Source: Rhina ancylostomus | Taxonomy: Eukaryota | Assembly (NCBI GenBank): GCA_030265395.1 | Contig: JARFYF010000074.1 | Location: forward strand, 74,904,285-74,968,284 | Direction: 5' to 3' | DNA length: 64,000 bases | Position numbers and translations under genes: made by a program | Shown: in pieces, positions 11,215 to 23,439 of the stretch | Numbering within the stretch: position 1 is the first letter of the stretch | Layout of the letters: every line of letters starts with the position of its first letter | The notes under the pieces: model-generated | Database searches by the model: none | Seen by the model: only the letters and a program-made list of their open reading frames with translations | Told to the model about the DNA's origin: nothing

Positions 11215-11412
11215 GGCGTAGCGTGAGGCTATTCGGCCCATTGAGTCTATGCCGGTTCACAGAGCAATCCTATCTCTTCCCCCCCCCAACTCATTTTGCC
11301 TGCAACCAACTCTCCCCATATTCCTCTGAGTTCCACCAGCCCTTGACACGCGGGGAAATTTACAGTGGCTTATTAACCTATCAACCTCTTAAAGGTGGGG
11401 AGGGTGGAAACC
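11215..11412 (-). mobile_element. HE1/V-SINE 3' half
   Basis: ggctattcggcccattgagtctatgccgg...ggggaaatttacagtggcttattaacct is the reverse of the V-SINE body and tail. Confidence 0.65.
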
Positions 11413-11414
11413 GT

Positions 11415-11530
11415 AAAAACTCTTGATGCAGGGTTTCGACCGGAAGCGTTAACAATTCCTCCCCCACCACCCCTCCACTCCCCCCACACGTGCACATACT
11501 GGTCAAGCCACTGAGTTCTTCCAGCTNNNN
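11415..11530 (+). mobile_element. PLE-derived repeat fragment with degenerate hammerhead-like motif
   Basis: tcttgatgcagggtttcgaccggaagcgttaac...ctgagttcttccagc. Confidence 0.55.
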
Positions 11531-13389
11531 NNNTTGTTGCACCATAAAAACCCTGCATGGCAGCAGTGGACATTGGGACTGAGGCCAGAGCTCTGAGGTA
11601 CGATGTGCCACTGTGCTGCCCAACATGCTGAATACTGTCTAGCTCCCAGAAAGTAACATTGAAAACCTATCCTTGGTTCTCTTGTACTGATTTGCAAAGA
11701 ATGGCCCACTCTCTTGAAGTTCAATGTTTTGAGATGCATCAGGATCATCGTTGCAAAAATTCACCTCCTGCTGAGGTTGAGGTTACATTTTTTGACAGTT
11801 CTCATGCATAACAAATGTTATTTTGTAGTTGGCCATTTCCAATGCAGAAGGTGACTTGCCAAAACTCGAGCAGTAATTCACTTGCACTGCTCTCTCCACT
11901 TATGTATCCTGTTGTCACTGCGTTCACAGTTCATTGTGTTGGCACATTAGAACTTTGAATCATTTGTGAGGCCTAATTAGCTTTTCTTTGCCAGTTGTCT
12001 CCCTTTCTGGAAGGAACTGACTACACAAGCACCAGCTGTCCTCTAATAATTGACCCAAGGATCCTTCCTGGTGTGTTCACTTTCATGTTGTCAACGGGCT
12101 GTTTGATGAGTTAAAATGGCTCAGGCCGAACTGGTATTAAAGCATTTGAACATGCTGAAACAAAAGTCACCACCAAACCCAAAATGGGACCAAATTTGAC
12201 AGAGTGGTGTAGCCCGCTCGAAGCACCCCTTCCACACATGGGTGTGGGGAAAATCTTTTGGGCTCAGACCTCCTTCAAGCACCAAGGCACAGGCACCTGG
12301 TGCTGCCCATTCTTTGCCATGTCCATAATCCACAGGTGCCAAGTGGATTCCCCTTTCAGCTCAGTTGTGGAAGGGCATAAAATTGGTCAGACCCCACACT
12401 GAACCAACAAATAGATTGCATCTGGGTTTTAGAAACTCGCTTACACTGTCAGTGGAATTTTCGTGGAGCTGGAACAGAATGCTTGTTCTTGCAGGCATCA
12501 CAAAGAGCAATCATTGGTCATGCCCCACTTGCCAATCTCTCTTCTGGCTCCTACCACAGCTCCTGCTATCCTTCTGTATTGACTTTTGCAAATTACCATA
12601 ATTAACAGGAAGAAAGTATTACTTTTCCTCTATCTTGTCTCTGCATAAGCTACAATTTTATGAAATTCATCCTGCAATTAANNNNNNNNNNNNNNNNNNN
12701 NNNNNNNNNNNNNNNNNNNNNNNNNNNNNNNNNNNNNNNNNNNNNNNNNNNNNNNNNNNNNNNNNNNNNNNNNNNNNNNNNNNNNNNNNNNNNNNNNNNN
12801 NNNNNNNNNNNNNNNNNNNNNNNNNNNNNNNNNNNNNNNNNNNNNNNNNNNNNNNNNNNNNNNNNNNNNNNNNNNNNNNNNNNNNNNNNNNNNNNNNNNN
12901 NNNNNNNNNNNNNNNNNNNNNNNNNNNNNNNNNNNNNNNNNNNNNNNNNNNNNNNNNNNNNNNNNNNNNNNNNNNNNNNNNNNNNNNNNNNNNNNNNNNN
13001 NNNNNNNNNNNNNNNNNNNNNNNNNNNNNNNNNNNNNNNNNNNNNNNNNNNNNNNNNNNNNNNNNNNNNNNNNNNNNNNNNNNNNNNNNNNNNNNNNNNN
13101 NNNNNNNNNNNNNNNNNNNNNNNNNNNNNNNNNNNNNNNNNNNNNNNNNNNNNNNNNNNNNNNNNNNNNNNNNNNNNNNNNNNNNNNNNNNNNNNNNNNN
13201 NNNNNNNNNNNNNNNNNNNNNNNNNNNNNNNNNNNNNNNNNNNNNNNNNNNNNNNNNNNNNNNNNNNNNNNNNNNNNNNNNNNNNNNNNNNNNNNNNNNN
13301 NNNNNNNNNNNNNNNNNNNNNNNNNNNNNNNNNNNNNNNNGGGGGGGGGGGTGGGGGGTGGGTGGTGGGTGGGTAGCTGGTAAGGTGGT

Positions 13390-13600
13390 CTGCTCCTTCA
13401 TGTTCTCAAAAAGGCTTTGAGCGAATCCTTGTATCTTTTTCTCTCTCTCTGCCTGATAATCTCATCGCATAACAAGGCTCGGAAAAGAGTGTCTGCTTCA
13501 GAAGTCTAGGTGAGGGAGGGCAGATGGTGTTGCTTGCCTCCCACAATGGACTGAGTGTTTCTCGGAGGATGTTGCTGGTTATGCTGCTGAGGATGTGATC
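13390..13600 (-). mobile_element. RTE LINE fragment
   Basis: Reverse complement resembles the RTE segment at 370-480 (RL.KQ.L..EL..G.R...R.RKR.KD.LKA). Confidence 0.55.
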
Positions 13601-13679
13601 AAGTGCGTGGCCAGTGGAAGGGGTCAGAGATCACTAACATGGTTAGATATGCGGACAGGGGAAAGGTCAGGGGTCCAGC

Positions 13680-14140
13680 ATGTGGTGTGGGGTCTAAAAA
13701 GAGCCAGGGATTAGAGGATTTTGTGAGTTCTGCAGCTAGAGTCAGGGATCAAGGTTGAGGTAGTAGTGAGGTTTGTAGCCAGAGCAGGGAGTTGTTGGTG
13801 TGGGGTGAGAGCTGGGGGTGGCTGTTTTGAAATGGAGTGAGGGTTAGGGCCAGAGCTTGGGAGGTGTGGCCAGAGCAGGATATTGTTGGAAAGGGTCTGG
13901 GTTTGGGGTGTGGACAGAGCCAGGTTAGTTGTCTAGGGAGGTGTTGTGGGGTGTGGATAGAGCCGGGACTTTGCGGATCAAGAACGTGGTGACGTGTGCA
14001 GCCAGGTTGAGAGTTGGGGTGAGTTGCACGTCCAAACGCGGGAGCAGGAATGAGTTCTGGTTGGGGACTAGTGTCCAAGTTTAGATGGCACCGTGAGCAA
14101 GAAATGGGTGAGAAGCTCTTCAGGAGGGAGAAAGTGGGCA
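13680..14140 (+). repeat. G-rich degenerate minisatellite-like tract
   Basis: Recurrent gtgtgg(c/a)cagagc(a/c)gg-like units (gtagccagagcaggg, gggccagagcttggg, gtgtggccagagcagg, gtgtggacagagccagg, gtgtggatagagccggg). Confidence 0.55.
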
Positions 14141-14534
14141 AAGTGCTCTGCTAGTTGACCCCAACGTTGTGTGTGTGTTTGTAAGTGAGTGTGCACACAC
14201 TGAGCAGCACTTCCACTACTGAGCATTAATACCCACGCAGCAGAGTGTGGACTCAAGTCCTCTTGGACCCATCAGCACTGGATCAGGACCTTGCTCTGTG
14301 AAGCCCCTGTGGTGGCTGGTGTGCAACAGCTGCTCCCTATTAAAGGAAACGCTGCACAGGCAACCTCCACTCCACAATACAGGCAGACTTGTTCAACTTG
14401 GATTTCACTATATGAACAAAAATATCTGTACACCAAGAGAAACCACTGTTTTTTCTCTATATTAAACTTTAAAAGTACTAAATTTCTGAGTAAATCTCTT
14501 GTTTTTTAAAGTAAGATATATCTCAGAGATATCT

Positions 14535-15030
14535 AGCATAAAAATAGGAGCAGGAGTGGGCCCATCGAGCCTGATGCCTGTTCGATAAGATCGTGGCTAA
14601 TCTGTTCTTAGCATCTGCTCAGCTCCACTTTGCTGCCTGTTCCCTTGAACCATTGATTCCCTCTCTCTGCAGATAATGTCTATCAAACCATTGAGTATCG
14701 AATGATTCAGTCTCCACAGCTACCTGGGGTGGGGACGTCCAAAGATTCAAGATCTGAGAAAAGAAATTCCTCACATTCTTCAGTGGGCAAGCTCATATTT
14801 TGTAATATATGTCCTTAAACCTGTATTCGTCGACAAGGAGAAACAGTACTGACCGTATGAAGTCCTGTCACAATTTTGTTTTTCAACTGGGAGACCATCC
14901 CCTGAACTGTTTCCAAAGCAAATATTTCCCTCCTTACAAAAAAAAGAAACATAATACTCGAGATGTGATCTTTCCAATGTCCTGAACATTCCCTTCCCAT
15001 GTTGTACTCCATGTCCTTGGCATTAAATGT
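14535..15030 (-). mobile_element. CR1 LINE 3' remnant
   Basis: Begins with the reversed CR1 tail aaataggagcaggagtgggcccatcgagcctg. Minus translation includes FRTLERSHLEYYVSF. Confidence 0.7.
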
Positions 15031-15829
15031 TTGTTCATTTAACCCTGATAGATAGTTCATGTGCGTGGACAGGATAGGGCCTGGGTAAAGAAACTACAGT
15101 CAAAGGACTTGCTGGCAATGATTATGGATATTAATGCTTGTGTCATAACACACCCTCCCCCGTGAATCAGTTTCATTCAGGAGAGAAAGTATTGGTGGGG
15201 AGCAAAATGATCTGTGGAAATAATTCTTTTTAAAACCTGTGGCTATTAACAGCCTGAAGAATAATTTTGTATGTTGCTATTTTCAGACATTTGTGGCCTT
15301 GCAGCCTGTGACATTGAAATTGAAATTTCCATCCTGGATTACCTCTTCCCAGTTCTAATTAAAATATAATCATATTGTGGAAACAACAGAGACTGGGGCA
15401 GCATTCAATCATTTCAGATAAAGGGAATGTTTAAATGAGTAAAGCTTGCCTTTAAGGAAGATGCCAATTCTGTTGTATATGCAATGATTATTCATATCTG
15501 ATGAAACGTGATCTTGAATCTTTCCAAGAAATGCAGTTGTACCAATTCTGACATGTAATTGTGAACGTTTTACTGCCAAAGTAGGGCATTAATGAATTTA
15601 CGAAAGCTCTAAAGTTCTGCAGCTACTAATGGATTTGGACTTGTCAGGACAGTAATCTTAGAGATTTAAATTGCCATTTTCTTCTGTTTGCTGCACTGAA
15701 TGCAATATTTCACACAGCATTTTGGATGAGGATCGAGGAATATGAAATGGTTTCAGAGTTATTTAATGGAGAATGCACTGTCTGGTATACGGTCAACATA
15801 TTTGCAATATTATCAGAATGTCCAAGGGG

Positions 15830-15970
15830 AATTTTGACAAGCACACAGACAGGCAGGGAATGGAGGGATATGGAACATGCAGGCATATGGGATTAGTTGG
15901 ACTGGCATTGTGATCAGCACAAACACAATGGGCCAAAGGGCCTGTTCTTGTGCTGTTCTGTTTATGTTCT
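15830..15970 (+). mobile_element. CR1 3' UTR tail
   Basis: gggaatggagggatatgg...gggattagtt...atgggccaaagggcctgttcttgtgctgt. Confidence 0.7.
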
Positions 15971-16854
15971 GATATATTGAGCTACTGAGATTTGTAATTT
16001 AAGCACAATTGTTTGATTTAACATCATTAGTCTCATTTGGCTGCCTTGTTTATCCATCTTGATGTAATTTGTAGAAATTTTGTGTAAAGTATATATCTCT
16101 GTTATATTTTACAAATATCTGCAATATTCTAGTATAACTGCCCCTGTAAATGGTGCTGTAATGGGTTATGTTGAGTAGTTAATTTTATAGGTTGGGACTT
16201 ACACTAACATATAACAGCTCTTGTGCTCTTTCATCATGCCCCGCTATCCTAAACATACGATATATCTTATGAGCTTCTTTCTATATCCTTTTACTAAATT
16301 ACATCACAAATTATAACTCATGCTTAAATTTGATTTCTCTTGTTANNNNNNNNNNNNNNNNNNNNNNNNNNNNNNNNNNNNNNNNNNNNNNNNNNNNNNN
16401 NNNNNNNNNNNNNNNNNNNNNNNNNNNNNNNNNNNNNNNNNNNNNAAATGTGTTTATTGATGTTAGTCAAATAAAGGCCAGAAAGGGGAAATGGTGAGGT
16501 GAAGTATTTCTTGTATCAGCATAAATATTAACTGAAAATGTCATGGAGGCAAAAGGTTGATTCCTCAGTTCTGCGGAATCTGCTGCAGAGAACTCATTGT
16601 GTGCAAACAAACTCTCACAATATATCAGCAAGTAGACTGCACTGGATAACTGATGCACAGTGCCCTCAGAGGATAAAATTCAGATCTTGAGAAGTAGATG
16701 TATTCCTTGTAATTGCAGCATGCCATCAGAGAAACTTGTCAGAGCCTCTTCTGCTTCTCAAATTCATCAGTAATCTTTTGGATATTATCCTGTCTATTTT
16801 TTTTGTGGGGTACTGCAGTCTTCATCTGAAAGACCAAGTCACTGTAGGTAGAAT

Positions 16855-17297
16855 TTAGAACACTGGAAAAACTACAGCACAATTCAGGCCCCTAAGCCCA
16901 CAAAGCTGTGCCGAACATGTCCCTACCCTAGAAATTACTAGGTTTACCTATAACCCTCTATTTTTCTCAGCTCCATGTACCTATACCAACAGTCTCTTAA
17001 AGACCCTATCATATCTGCTTCCANNNNNNNNNNNNNNNNNNNNNNNNNNNNNNNNNNNNNNNNNNNNNNNNNNNNNNNNNNNNNNNNNNNNNNNNNNNNN
17101 NNNNNNNNNNNNNNNNNNNNNNNACCAAAATGAACCACTTCACACTTATCTGGGTTGAACTGCATCTGCCACTTCTCAGCCCAACTTTGCATCCTATCTA
17201 CATCCCTCTGTAACCTCTGACAGCCCTCTACACTATCCATGACACCACCAACCTTTGTGTCATCCACAAACTTAGTAACCCACCCTTCCACTTCCTA
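16855..17297 (-). mobile_element. Relatively young CR1 (HER1-like) LINE, RT C-terminus to 3' tail (middle in gap)
   Basis: EGWVTKFVDDTKVGGVMDSVEGCQRLQRDVDRMQSWAEKWQMQFNPDKCEVVHFG, with the RT (F/Y)xDD motif. Confidence 0.9.
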
Positions 17298-17559
17298 TGG
17301 GTAGAATTTGATAATAGAGAAATGTTGTATGTAATCTTCAGAGGTTACCACATTTGGTCAATATCTTAGTTTAGAAAGACTGGTAATCATGGTATTTCCT
17401 ATTTTTATTCTGGAAAAACAAACACATGTTCTTTAGTTGTAAGCAGGTTCTTGGGTTGGGAATGAGATCTAGTTTCTGAGGCAAGGAAGTGAAATCTTGG
17501 GAAGAGTGGCAATTCGGAAGAATGTTCAGTTCTATTTATTATAATTGGCAACATTTTTA

Positions 17560-17660
17560 CATTACAACAGTGGTACTTTGAAAGTTCTCAATTGGCTAAA
17601 AAGCGTTTTGAAACATCCTGAGGTCCTGGAAAGCACTATATAAATAAAAGTTCATTTTTT
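17560..17660 (+). mobile_element. DeuSINE (SacSINE1-like) 3' tail
   Basis: acaacagtggtactttgaaag...attggctaaaagcgttttgaaacatcctgagg...gcactatataaat. Confidence 0.55.
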
Positions 17661-19529
17661 AAATTTTATTCTTTCAACTATATTTATTTACATTTTACAC
17701 CCGAAAGACAGGAGCCAGCTTTAGCCATGTCACTCGATTTTGCACTATCATGTATCGGTTGTCTTGAATGGAGACTGTGATAATCTACCTTGAGCCGCGC
17801 TTGATTGTGGAAATCTTGTCAAGACTTTGTCATTACCTCTTAATGTAGAAGTTCTGATGGAGACTGTCAGTGGTTCAGAGAGTTTGCTTTGGGCTGTGGA
17901 CAGTGATTATGGGGAAAATCTTGGGCTCAGATTTGTCAGCTTTCTGTATTGGAGATAGCGTGGACTTTTCCCGAATCCAGTCATGTATATGGTCGATATG
18001 CTTTAATTGACATAAAGGGAAAAATATATTGCACCAGTTGAGAACAGTGCCTTTGTGATATCAGTTGAAATTCTACAAGATTTCATAACAAAATTGCACT
18101 TTAAAACTTACTCCCAAGGTTTCCACTTCAATAGTGGCTACTTCTGCAAGGGCTGAATGATGCTTTTGAAATCTGTGCAATAGTGTGCAATAAGTCGAAG
18201 ACAAAAATTGCTGATCCAAATGGAGAATTAGTAGAACTTTGAGGCAGAGTATATTGCTGTCTATAAATAGTAAAATCATCATTAAAATCCTTGGAAAATT
18301 AATTCAACAAATTATTTCCCTACCCCTCCAGTTGGAACTTTGAAAGTGTATTGTGATCTGAGGGATACCCCTTTGAGTTTTGAATTATTCCCCATTTTGA
18401 CTTTATTTACCCTGCAGACACTAAAGATTCAAGTTGAGATGAGCTGACTAAGAATCTAATTAGTACAATTTAATTGTAAAACACTGAGCTTTCAAGGGAG
18501 CCTGTTAATTTCTTGAAGTAAACAGCTTCTTGCTCGAGTTGCAAAGTTGGAAACAAAGCAAATTAGCAGGCCCAGTCAAGAAATCTATATTCAGATGTGA
18601 TATGACCCAGACTGCAGTGATTGAAACAGCAAAGTTAAATCATATGCAAATTTAAACTTGATATTATTTATATCTTTTGAGGTTTAGAATTCTCATAAGC
18701 TATTTTCATTTGTGCAGTTCTATGATCAAAAATCCCTTGAGAGATACAGTAAATATTTAGATAGAAAGTAATTGAAAACAGTAAGTGTAAATGGGATTTT
18801 TAACAGGCAAAAAAATCATAAAATCACAGAACTATACATACATATCTGGTACTTAAGTGTCTTCAGGACCTGAGAATTGGATATCTTTTGGTGTATAGAA
18901 ATTTATGTCTAATGATTTTGAGTGAATGATCAAATGAGTGGATGATTTTGTACCTCAAACTGGAAAACAATAACCATGCAAAAGCAGAAGAATAAATTAA
19001 CGCAAAAGCAATGTTGAATATTGATCACACTGATAACAGAAGATAGGTTGAATCCAAAATTGGCCAAACCGCATTCAAAATAAGATGTCCCAGCTATAAT
19101 TAATTTCATTTTGATGCTGATTAACATTCATGACCACAAAGCGAGGCATGGACTTGAGAACAAATCTGCCCGACGCATTTCCATCCATTTTTTCAACTCA
19201 ACTCTCATGTCACAGAACCAATGCTAGGAGTTAAATTCCACATGTATATTGTTATACGTGATACTGTAGTTATAGTTTAAGCAAGGCTGCTGCATTGAAG
19301 TTTTCTTGTTTTAGAATATGGGACAAGATACTTGACATTATGTCAGCATGCAACTTAGGCTTTTCGTAATGCAGCGATATGGGAAATGCAATGATTATGT
19401 TGATATTTGTCAGAGTTGCAACACAATTAACGAATGCAAATCATGTATTAAATAAATGCTTGGATCCCACTTTGCAAAAAGTGATGTATCAGCAGCTTTT
19501 GGTAAAAAGAGAGAATGTTTATCATTACT

Positions 19530-20412
19530 TGCAGATGTTGTAGGTTGCAATAGGATTTAGACAGGATGCAGAGCTGGGTGAAGTGGCAGATGGAGTTCAA
19601 TCCAGAAAAGTGTGAAGTGATACACTTTGGAATATTGAACTTGAATGCAGAGTACCTGGTTAGTGGCAGGATTCTTAGCATTGTAGAAGAACAGAGAGAT
19701 CTTGGAGCCCAAGTACATAGATCCCTCAAAGTTGCCGCACAATTTGATAGGACAGTTAAGAAGGCGTATGGTGTGCTGGCCTTCATTAGCAGGGGGATTG
19801 AGTTCAAGAGCCAAGAGGTAATATTGCAGCTCTTTTAGACTCTGCTTAGACCACACTTGGAATATTCTGTTCAGTTCTGGTTGCCAAATTATAGGAAGGA
19901 TATGGAAGTTTTGGGGAGGGTGCAGAGGAAATTTACCAGGATGCTGCATGGATTGGAGACCATGTCTTATAAGGAGAGGTTCAGCAAGTTAGGGCTTTTC
20001 TCTTTGGACTGATGGAGGATGAGAGGAGACTTGATAGAGGTATATAAGTTTATGAGGGGCATAGTGTGGTATGAAAGGCCAGGGGTCAGATGACAGTGAC
20101 AACATTTCCGACNNNNNNNNNNNNNNNNNNNNNNNNNNNNNNNNNNNNNNNNNNNNNNNNNNNNNNNNNNNNNNNNNNNNNNNNNNNNNNNNNNNNNNNN
20201 NNNNNNNNNNNNNNNNNNNNNNNNNNNNNNNNNNNNNNNNNNNNNNNNNNNNNNNNNNNAAGGACCATTAGGTAGGCACGTGGATGAATGAAAAATAGAG
20301 GGTGATGGGAGGTGAAGTAGAGAGGGGGATAGTTTGAATGTGGATAAGGTTAATATAGGTCAGCAAAATATCGTGGATTGAAGGGCCCACACTGTGCTGT
20401 ATTGTTCTATGT
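19530..20412 (+). mobile_element. CR1 (HER1-like) LINE 3' portion
   Basis: MQSWVKWQMEFNPEKCEVIHFG...KKAYGVLAFISRGIEFKSQEV, followed by RPHLEYSVQFW and a CR1 tail at about 20375-20412. Confidence 0.92.
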
Positions 20413-20542
20413 ATGTATTACTATACATTATTATGACTCCAATAGTTTTAGATCATCATTCAATCTGACTTCATTTGTAGAGGAAAATATTTGGATTATC
20501 CTCAGTCATTTCTAAAACGGTCAGTATAAACTGGTGCTGACA

Positions 20543-20770
20543 GTTGCAACACACAAAAAGCTAGAGGAACTCAGCAGGTCAGGCAGCATCTGAGGATTGA
20601 AATGTCAAGACCCTTCATCTGGACTGAAAGGTAGAGGGGATGTAGGCAGTATGAAAAGATGGAGGGAAGGGGAAGCAAGAGCTAGTAGGCGATAAGTGGA
20701 TGTAGGTGGGTTGGGGGGGGGCAGTGGGGGAAAGTGGGAATAGTGCCAGAAGCTGGGAGGAGGTAGGTGT
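20543..20770 (-). mobile_element. PLE-derived short element
   Basis: gcaacacacaaaaagctagaggaactcagcaggtcaggcagcatc...gacccttcatctggactg; reverse of the copy at 6598-6842. Confidence 0.75.
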
Positions 20771-23141
20771 TGGCATGTGTCCAATTATTTGACAGCCTGA
20801 ACAATTAATGTCAGAAGACTTGGTGGGTTTACACATGAGCGGCAACTTCCTGACGCCAACAATCTGAGCATAGATCCTCACTTGCCGAGACTACAAAGTG
20901 AGAAATTATGATTCGTGAGGTGGTAAGAGGCTTGCTAGAAATTCCAATTTGATCTTGAAGACCAATGTTCACTACTGAAGGTGTCTCATTGAAAAAAATT
21001 ATTATTTCTCCTGGCTCTTTGGTTGAGAGGTCAGAATTTGAAAGGAAGCTCACCTGGATTTGTGGAGCAAAAGTCTTGTTCTGCAGAACCAAAGAATTCT
21101 GAAAAGGATAATTGGGAATATCTGTAACCCAATAACTATTGTATGTAAATCATAGTTACCTTGGGATGATAGGTGGAGGGTGTGGCCTGTTGATACATGT
21201 ATTATCTTCATGCTATTTTAAAAATAATACTCTTGCAGCAGAACTGGACATTTGATTTCCTGTGCCTAACACATGCTATATCTGTCAGCACCTGTTGCTG
21301 ACACTGGATGAAGATAGTGGTAAATGCATGCTGCTGCAGGTCTGAAGCACCTCCTCTTGAAGAACACGAACACAATTTCCCCCATTTGTATTGCTTTGTC
21401 CTGTGGCAGTGAAATGGACATATTTTTATAATCTTGCAATTAACAGGGCAGGTTGAAAAGGGTTGGAGTAAAATTGGGAGATGTACTTTTTGATATATTA
21501 GCAGTAAAGCAGAACTTATCCATCTGTGTTTCCCTGAAGTATCTGGGATGAGTTTACAGTAGGTCCTGTTGCATCTATTTCAGGCAGCAGAATTTTAATT
21601 AAACTGCTGTAATGTTAAAGGTACAAGGGGAACATGGAAGCAAATTCTATTATCCCACGAACTGAATATTAGTTACCTGGTCATGTTCATGTTTGATATC
21701 AAAACTGGTGAGAATGAAATAAAATTGGGAAGCAAATGTGAGTAAACTGTTGAATTGAACAAGCAGAGTCCTCTAGTGATGGGATTCATTATTAATGTTT
21801 TGTCACAGCAAATCATCCCATTGGTAGGCACCTTCTGGAAAAAAAAGAAAATAAAATGGAATATGCCTTTTCTTAAGTGCAAATAAGTAAAACCTATCAC
21901 TAACTATCCAAAAGACTTCCTGCATAGCAGTTCTTTTTTTTACCCAAGTATTGGGTTAGATTCTATGAGATTGAGGTTGACATTGAGAGTGGACTTATGA
22001 CTTGATATTTTAGTAATCAAATACATTAAATTTAAGTAGCCTCTTACTTATGTTCTATTGAATCTTAGGATTTTATTAGAAAGAAAAAAAATCCTCATAC
22101 AAATAATCATCTAATATTCAGTAAGTGAAAATGTTGTTTTACATTTTTTTTCCTGTGTTGACACCTTAATTCTTTGCAAAGCTGCAGTTGCTTTTCTCAG
22201 AATAACTTGCATGTTTTTTTTTGAAGGAGAAATGGCCAAAGGAGTGTGCAGCAAAAGATAATTAAAGTTTGTTCCTAAAAGGCAGAGAGTACTGACGGCA
22301 GCTTTGAGACAAGGGGCCTTTCAAAATCTGCTACTGAGATGCTGAAACATGGCCTTGTAGTAATATTTTTATAACCCATTTTTGCTCCAACAATAGTATG
22401 TGAAATTGATGCATTGGACAATAATTTTTTTCAGCCTGTTGGTTGTTACCCACAATAAACCAGACCAGCATGAACTTTCAAATCATCTTGTTGGAGAGAA
22501 GATGCATTTTCCTGCTGTCTCACAGTGCTATTGTTTGGCAGCAGCAGAATGTGCTCGGAATAACTCTATTATCTCATATAGCGTAATGTGATCTTCACAT
22601 CATGAAAAGTGATTTTGTCAAACTTTGCAGAAAACATCAGGAGAACCAGGAAAGCTCTTTGCCTAAAGAGGAACAATATTATGTCTTTGTGATATTTATG
22701 TTATTGTATATTATGTTAAGGAATGAAAAACATAATACATTTTTGCTGTTTAAGAAGGACTATTTTCCTGCCTCAACAGCTGTTTAAAATTCCAATAATT
22801 CTGCTTGATGTTAAAATTTACTTCTGGGTTTTTCATTAATTGTAAGTATGCATGGATCTTTAAGAAATCCAAATATGTCTTCCTGGTTTCTCTTTTACCC
22901 CAGTTTCCAGTCCCTGTTTGCTGATGCATCTTTGATTTGGAGAGCTGGCTAACGTTCTTACAGAGGAACACATTTATGTTCAAACCACAGGTTTCCAACT
23001 GGACCATGCATCAAGGTTGTTAGAGGGAGTTAAGTTCTTCTGGCTCTTTGCCACAGAGCTTGTCTTTGAGATGGCTGGCCGAGAGTTCCAATTGTTTCAC
23101 TGTGTGATTGCCCGCTGTACCAAGGAAAAGCCAAGCACATA

Positions 23142-23439
23142 CAGGCCACCCTGGGTGAAGAACGCCCGACTTATGGACATCCCTACATAAGAACAAGCTC
23201 TCGTAATAATATTAAATTCAGAAGTTCAACGTCTGTTTATAACTTTGTTCTCACAAATGGCAGAACTGATTTCCTCTCTCTTTTTAACTTTAATTCTTCT
23301 TTCTTTTCAATCTTATGCGCTTTTGATAGCATTCATTACAATACTGTGGAGGTGATTTTTGTATTTTCCTAGTTATGGACAAAATCAACTGATGGACGTA
23401 CGTAAAAATGGAACCCGTTCATAAGCTGGGAGTGGCCTG
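23142..23439. mobile_element. Tc1/mariner (Tigger/pogo-like) MITE, about 300 bp
   Basis: Imperfect TIRs CAGGCCACCCTGGGTGAAGAACG and cgttcataagctgggagtggcctg; TA on the left, TC on the right. Confidence 0.7.

Noticed and set aside
12635-13420. Long ORFs of 230-345 aa here and at 27794-28947, plus shorter gap-spanning ORFs at 37664-38149 and 41139-41620
   Set aside because: They are open only because they run through N gaps.
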